A stretch of 64,000 bases of DNA from the IMG/VR virus record IMGVR_UViG_3300029858_000005; one strand, given 5' to 3'. A program made the translations under genes and the position numbers. The DNA is from a virus. Shown here one piece after another: positions 60,785-64,000 of the stretch; position 1 is the first letter of the stretch, and each line of letters opens with the position of its first letter. The notes beneath the pieces are model-generated. The model was not told where the DNA came from. It made no database searches and saw only the letters and a program-made list of their open reading frames with translations.

Positions 60785-61452
60785 TGGGATATTTCCACCG
60801 TGCGAATTACGTGCGGTGCGGGTCGTCGTACCCTTATTTTTCCTATCACGTTTAGGCGTACATTTGCAGGTCGGTGCTGCATAAGGGAACAAAACAGAGA
60901 TTTTGGTGTTATTCCAGAGAGAGAGAATTTATTCTCCCTCAGGGGATTTATTATCAAAATTTCAGAGAGCTATCCGGCAAACGAATCTGTAGTGATACAG
61001 AAAGGCGGGCGAGAAATCCCGTCGAGGGTAGCGAGAGAGCACAGAGCCACCACGATACCGAATGAGATGAGGCACGTGGAAAGAGTAAGAGCCGTAGCTG
61101 TGCAGTTGTCTAGCGAGATAACGGACGGATAAATCATAATTCATATTCTATCCCGTTGGCTGCGGGTTTAGGGATACGAGATATCCTGAAAAGCTGCGTG
61201 TTGGATGGCACGTGGAGTGGTTGCCGTTGCAGGGATTTTCCTGCACATCATATTCGCTCATAGTTTTTAAAGTGTGGGCTAGCGAATATAAAACGCACTT
61301 TCTGAAATCGGTTGCTTGTCATCCGTGCGAGATTTATCTCCTCAGAAATAAACAAGCTGCTGGCAGAAGCATAAAATCTGTAGGGTGTGAGCCACGTAGT
61401 TAAGACGATAAAGATAAAACGTGGTGCAAAGATGCACATCCTGGCTAACGGG
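60785..61452 (+). ncRNA. candidate structured non-coding RNA(s) or long structured 5' leader (family unknown)
   Basis: There is no credible ORF in ~670 nt. G+C is visibly higher than in the flanks. At least 10 stems are visible, several with G-U pairs that work only on the + strand. A TAcaTTTG -7-like box lies at 60859-60866. Confidence 0.4.
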
Positions 61453-61501
61453 GCGGGGAGAAATCTCCGCTCTACAATTACAAACCATTTATATTAGAAT
61501 T

Positions 61502-61627
61502 ATGAAACAGAGAATCAAGGAATTTTGCGATAAGTACATGTGGTTTATCTTGCCTGCTTGCAGCGTTCTAGCTATAATGCTGGGTGTTGTTTTGGAGAAG
61601 CATTTTCCACTGAGTGAAATTCTGTAG
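61502..61627 (+). CDS. 41-aa membrane peptide (cassette 1)
   Basis: ATG preceded by AAACCATTTATATTAGAATT (MKQRIKEFCDKYMWFILPACSVLAIMLGVVLEKHFPLSEIL). It is the in-frame distal part of ORF 61421..61627. Confidence 0.5.
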   Translation: MKQRIKEFCDKYMWFILPACSVLAIMLGVVLEKHFPLSEIL

Positions 61628-61677
61628 CCTAATCTCCCTACGCTTGTAGGGAACGAATAACCAAAAATATTAGAATT

Positions 61678-61812
61678 ATGAGTACGCTGAGAATTAAATG
61701 CCTCGATATGTGCGAGGTTGAGAGTATCATTGCAGATGCTCAGGAGATTTTGAGTCACGTAGAATTCGGGTCGCTAAAGAATGGTGTGCTTACATTATTC
61801 TGCGTGGCGTGA
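61678..61812 (+). CDS. 44-aa ORF (cassette 2)
   Basis: ATG preceded by AACCAAAAATATTAGAATT (MSTLRIKCLDMCEVESIIADAQEILSHVEFGSLKNGVLTLFCVA). Confidence 0.45.
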   Translation: MSTLRIKCLDMCEVESIIADAQEILSHVEFGSLKNGVLTLFCVA

Positions 61813-61830
61813 GCCTAAAAATCCGTAGCC

Positions 61831-62196
61831 AGTACGATAATTGTCGTGCGTGGCTACGGAACAATTACCAATATTTTAGAATTATGAAAGCAAGACAGAT
61901 CATTTATTCAAGTACGATAATTGTGCTTGGATTTATTCAGAGTGCGCCGGCATTCATTTGCTTGGCAAGTACGATAATTCTCCTGAATGTGCTTGGAATT
62001 CTTTACGGAATTCTGCTTGTGTATATTTGGAGCAGTACGAAAAAGGGTAAGTGGTATTTCCGTGAGCTGTGGAGATCCACACTCCGCTTGGAGAATTTCA
62101 TCCTTCCTGGAGTTTAAGAGATTTGGAAAGTACGATAATTGTGCTTGGAAACATTTAGCTAAATTCTGCTTGGAGAAATCCAGGCAGTACGATAAT
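61831..62196 (+). repeat. five copies of AGTACGATAAT(T), plus partial copies AGTACGA at 62034 and AGTACG at 61681
   Basis: Copies start at 61831, 61911, 61968, 62129 and 62186. The 21-nt AGTACGATAATTGTGCTTGGA is identical at 61911 and 62129. Confidence 0.8.
61884..62117 (+). CDS. 77-aa membrane protein (cassette 3) containing two in-frame AGTACGATAATT copies
   Basis: ATG preceded by TTACCAATATTTTAGAATT. It is the in-frame distal part of ORF 61809..62117 and has two TM segments. Confidence 0.5.
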   Translation: MKARQIIYSSTIIVLGFIQSAPAFICLASTIILLNVLGILYGILLVYIWSSTKKGKWYFRELWRSTLRLENFILPGV

Positions 62197-62219
62197 ATAA
62201 CCAATTAAATTACAGAATT

Positions 62220-62417
62220 ATGAAGAAGAATATTTTCGTGGCATTGTTTGCCGTAGTGTGTGTTGCATTGTTTGTAGTATCAATTACTCTGTATAATTGT
62301 CACAGGGCGAACGTGATGCTGAGAAAGACTGTTATCAGCCAGGCTAACGAGATTTTGAAACTAAACGGCTGTCACACAGCAGAGGGAGGTACAACGTTCG
62401 TAGGTCTCAGAAAGTAG
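62220..62417 (+). CDS. 65-aa membrane-anchored protein (cassette 4)
   Basis: ATG preceded by AACCAATTAAATTACAGAATT. N-terminal TM FVALFAVVCVALFVVSITL. Confidence 0.55.
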   Translation: MKKNIFVALFAVVCVALFVVSITLYNCHRANVMLRKTVISQANEILKLNGCHTAEGGTTFVGLRK

Positions 62418-62480
62418 CCAAAAAATGTGCTCAGGCATTTTCCTGGGCATACTATGTAAAACCATTAAACAAATTGAATT

Positions 62481-62657
62481 ATGTTAGACAGAAAATCACA
62501 GAAGAATTTTGAGCGTGCGCTTATGCATGAGATGGAGAAGATCAAGATTGCAGCGCGCCAGTGGCATAGCAACAATACTAAGGGCTACAGAGATTATCGT
62601 AGCAAGAAAACTATCTCCAAGAGTTTCTCTGAGATTGCGGTATTGTGCATGAGCTAA
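62481..62657 (+). CDS. 58-aa basic protein (cassette 5)
   Basis: ATG preceded by AAACCATTAAACAAATTGAATT (MLDRKSQKNFERALMHEMEKIKIAARQW...). Confidence 0.45.
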   Translation: MLDRKSQKNFERALMHEMEKIKIAARQWHSNNTKGYRDYRSKKTISKSFSEIAVLCMS

Positions 62658-62705
62658 ATGTGCGTGACGATTGTCACGCATACTATTCACCAATATTTAA
62701 GAATT

Positions 62706-62996
62706 ATGATAGATGAAGAATACAAGGAGAATGTAGAGTACATACTCTCTACGATTTTGCCTAAGTTGCAGGAAATCCAAAAAAAAGTATTGAAAAATCA
62801 ATCAAGACTGAGCCTTGATGTTAGCGTTAGCAATAAAAACGGCGAAGGGTATATAAGTTGTTTTGCCTGTGTCATGAATGACATGGGAGAAATAACGGAT
62901 ACTTGTTTTCCACGTTTCATCTGCGTATGCAGCAAAGAGGAGATGGACGAGCGGCTCAACGAGCTTAAAGAGTTCATCAAGAAGCACCTAACCTGA
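62706..62996 (+). CDS. 96-aa protein (cassette 6)
   Basis: ATG preceded by TCACCAATATTTAAGAATT. It is the in-frame distal part of ORF 62658..62996. Confidence 0.55.
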   Translation: MIDEEYKENVEYILSTILPKLQEIQKKVLKNQSRLSLDVSVSNKNGEGYISCFACVMNDMGEITDTCFPRFICVCSKEEMDERLNELKEFIKKHLT

Positions 62997-63045
62997 AATT
63001 GAGGGAGTTATTTCTCCCTCTCCTATAAACCAAAAATGTAGAATT

Positions 63046-63315
63046 ATGAGCAAGTGGATTCAGTTTTATCATAAGATTAACAAGTTTGACCTTGTGAACA
63101 TGAGATTTACGGATGATTTCAGTATCGTGGAAATGGTGGGCATGGATTCTGTCATGCCTATCGACGGCAGATTGAGTCTGTCATCCATACGTGATGTAGT
63201 ACAAAAGAAAATCGAGAGCATGAAGAAAATCGAGAGTTTCGACCCTTGTGCGTTCTCCATCCTCACCGGTCCTACTATTCTGTGTGCTTCAGAAAGTCCG
63301 GTGTACAATCTCTAG
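63046..63315 (+). CDS. 89-aa protein (cassette 7)
   Basis: ATG preceded by AAACCAAAAATGTAGAATT. Confidence 0.55.
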   Translation: MSKWIQFYHKINKFDLVNMRFTDDFSIVEMVGMDSVMPIDGRLSLSSIRDVVQKKIESMKKIESFDPCAFSILTGPTILCASESPVYNL

Positions 63316-63327
63316 CCAGAACTGGGC

Positions 63328-63338
63328 AGTACGATAAT
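63328..63338 (+). repeat. sixth copy of AGTACGATAAT, in the loop/arm of an intergenic hairpin
   Basis: GGCAG-TACGATAATGCG-CTGCC between cassettes 7 and 8. Confidence 0.8.
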
Positions 63339-63372
63339 GCGCTGCCTGCTATTAACCAAAACAGAATATATT

Positions 63373-63537
63373 ATGACAGCAGAAGAAAAGACTCAGCTAG
63401 AGAAGCTTGTAGAAAAGTATTTGAAAGAAGATGCGTACAAGCCACGAGGATGGGGAGAGAGAGCCGCAAGGAAGTTTCTCAGCGCATTAAATGGCGAGTG
63501 GCTTCTTACGTACAGCTTTAGACCAGATCCGGCGTAG
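63373..63537 (+). CDS. 54-aa protein (cassette 8)
   Basis: ATG preceded by TTAACCAAAACAGAATATATT, a degenerate copy of the motif. It is the in-frame distal part of ORF 63337..63537. Confidence 0.45.
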   Translation: MTAEEKTQLEKLVEKYLKEDAYKPRGWGERAARKFLSALNGEWLLTYSFRPDPA

Positions 63538-63582
63538 TTATTTGCTACGCCTCCAATTATTAACCAAATCAAAATTAGAATT

Positions 63583-63759
63583 ATGACAGACGGAGACAGA
63601 AAGTTCCTTGCCAGGCTCGTAGCGAGTCACAAGGCAGTTATCAGCGAGGAGTGCAGACGCAAGAATCTCGACAAGAGCGAGTATTTCAGACGCGTAGCGC
63701 GTGCAGACAAGAAGGCTCGGGAGATTGAGCAAGCGTGCATGAGTCCTCGCAAATTCTAG
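63583..63759 (+). CDS. 58-aa protein, possibly ribbon-helix-helix-like (cassette 9)
   Basis: ATG preceded by TTAACCAAATCAAAATTAGAATT (MTDGDRKFLARLVASHKAVISEECRRKNLDKSEYFRRVARADKKAREIEQ...). Confidence 0.45.
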   Translation: MTDGDRKFLARLVASHKAVISEECRRKNLDKSEYFRRVARADKKAREIEQACMSPRKF

Positions 63760-63820
63760 CCAAACATTCTGTGCAGTCTATCTGCACAGAAACCATGTTA
63801 AACCATAAAAATGTAGAATT

Positions 63821-64000
63821 ATGAAGAAAATTGTTAATACATTTACGAAGATTTTCGTACGAGACGGAAAGCGTCACAGAATTGTCGCTGTCGCTTCTTT
63901 AGGTGATGAGTGCAGAAATAACATCTGCACTTTCTCTATTACAGGTCAGATAGATATTTTCTGTTTCGGTTCATGGCACTGCAAAACCTGCGGTTGCATT
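63821..64000 (+). CDS. 5' part of a Cys-rich ORF running off the window (cassette 10)
   Basis: ATG preceded by TAAACCATAAAAATGTAGAATT. The frame is open for 60 codons to the window end. Confidence 0.45.
   Translation, partial: MKKIVNTFTKIFVRDGKRHRIVAVASLGDECRNNICTFSITGQIDIFCFGSWHCKTCGCI

Noticed and set aside
60800-61132. 110-aa plus-strand ORF in the structured region
   Set aside because: It starts at GTG inside a 9-bp hairpin and has Arg-rich, non-protein-like composition. It lacks the start-site motif used by neighbouring genes, so I treated the region as non-coding.
61823-63346. Possible CRISPR array (short repeats with spacers)
   Set aside because: The repeat is only 11-21 nt and the spacing is irregular (57-1140 nt). 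Copies lie inside ORFs and hairpins, and there are no cas genes. It is not a CRISPR array.

Overview
This 64-kb window appears to be most of a tailed dsDNA phage genome, with no cellular housekeeping genes. The host is probably a Bacteroidota species. That is an inference from several TAnnTTTG -7 promoter boxes, including one complete TTTG-N20-TAccTTTG promoter at 60103-60134, from weak Shine-Dalgarno usage, and from DUF3127/DUF5675-type genes. All function calls come from motif recognition by eye; no searches were run.

Layout:
- 1-19.8 kb (+): early/accessory and DNA-metabolism genes. These include a Rha/KilAC antirepressor, a 7-gene tRNA(-like) array, a recombination module (RecT-like, PD-(D/E)XK nuclease, SNF2 helicase, DUF3127 SSB-like, NinB-like), many tiny ORFs, RtcB RNA ligase, a DUF2829/Tad2-like protein and a DUF1653-dUTPase fusion.
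- 19.9-49.2 kb (-): lysis cassette, unknown genes, a 2625-aa Tal/tail-fibre protein, a 2069-aa tape measure, a G/GT chaperone pair, the major tail protein, head-tail connectors, the major capsid protein and a scaffold protein.
- 49.3-54.6 kb (+): large terminase interrupted by an intein, portal, and a head-morphogenesis protein.
- 54.8-59.3 kb (-): replication/early genes ending in a P4/D5-type primase-helicase.
- 59.3-60.2 kb: AT-rich iteron region, a candidate origin.
- 60.2-64.0 kb (+): one gene, a ~650-nt ORF-free structured region, then ten small genes each preceded by a hairpin and a conserved start-site motif.

Most notable observations:
1. Five of the seven tRNA-like genes keep a normal acceptor/D/T body but have an abnormal anticodon arm. 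Two of them have 23-nt loops with a shared inserted hairpin. The same phage encodes RtcB.
2. The ORF-free, hairpin-dense region at 60.8-61.45 kb.
3. A PeSL-like cassette array built from repeated hairpin, ACCA-box and AGAATT-ATG units, plus an AGTACGATAAT repeat.
4. A terminase P-loop intein with a class-3 (Trp/Cys/Thr) signature and Pro at position 1.
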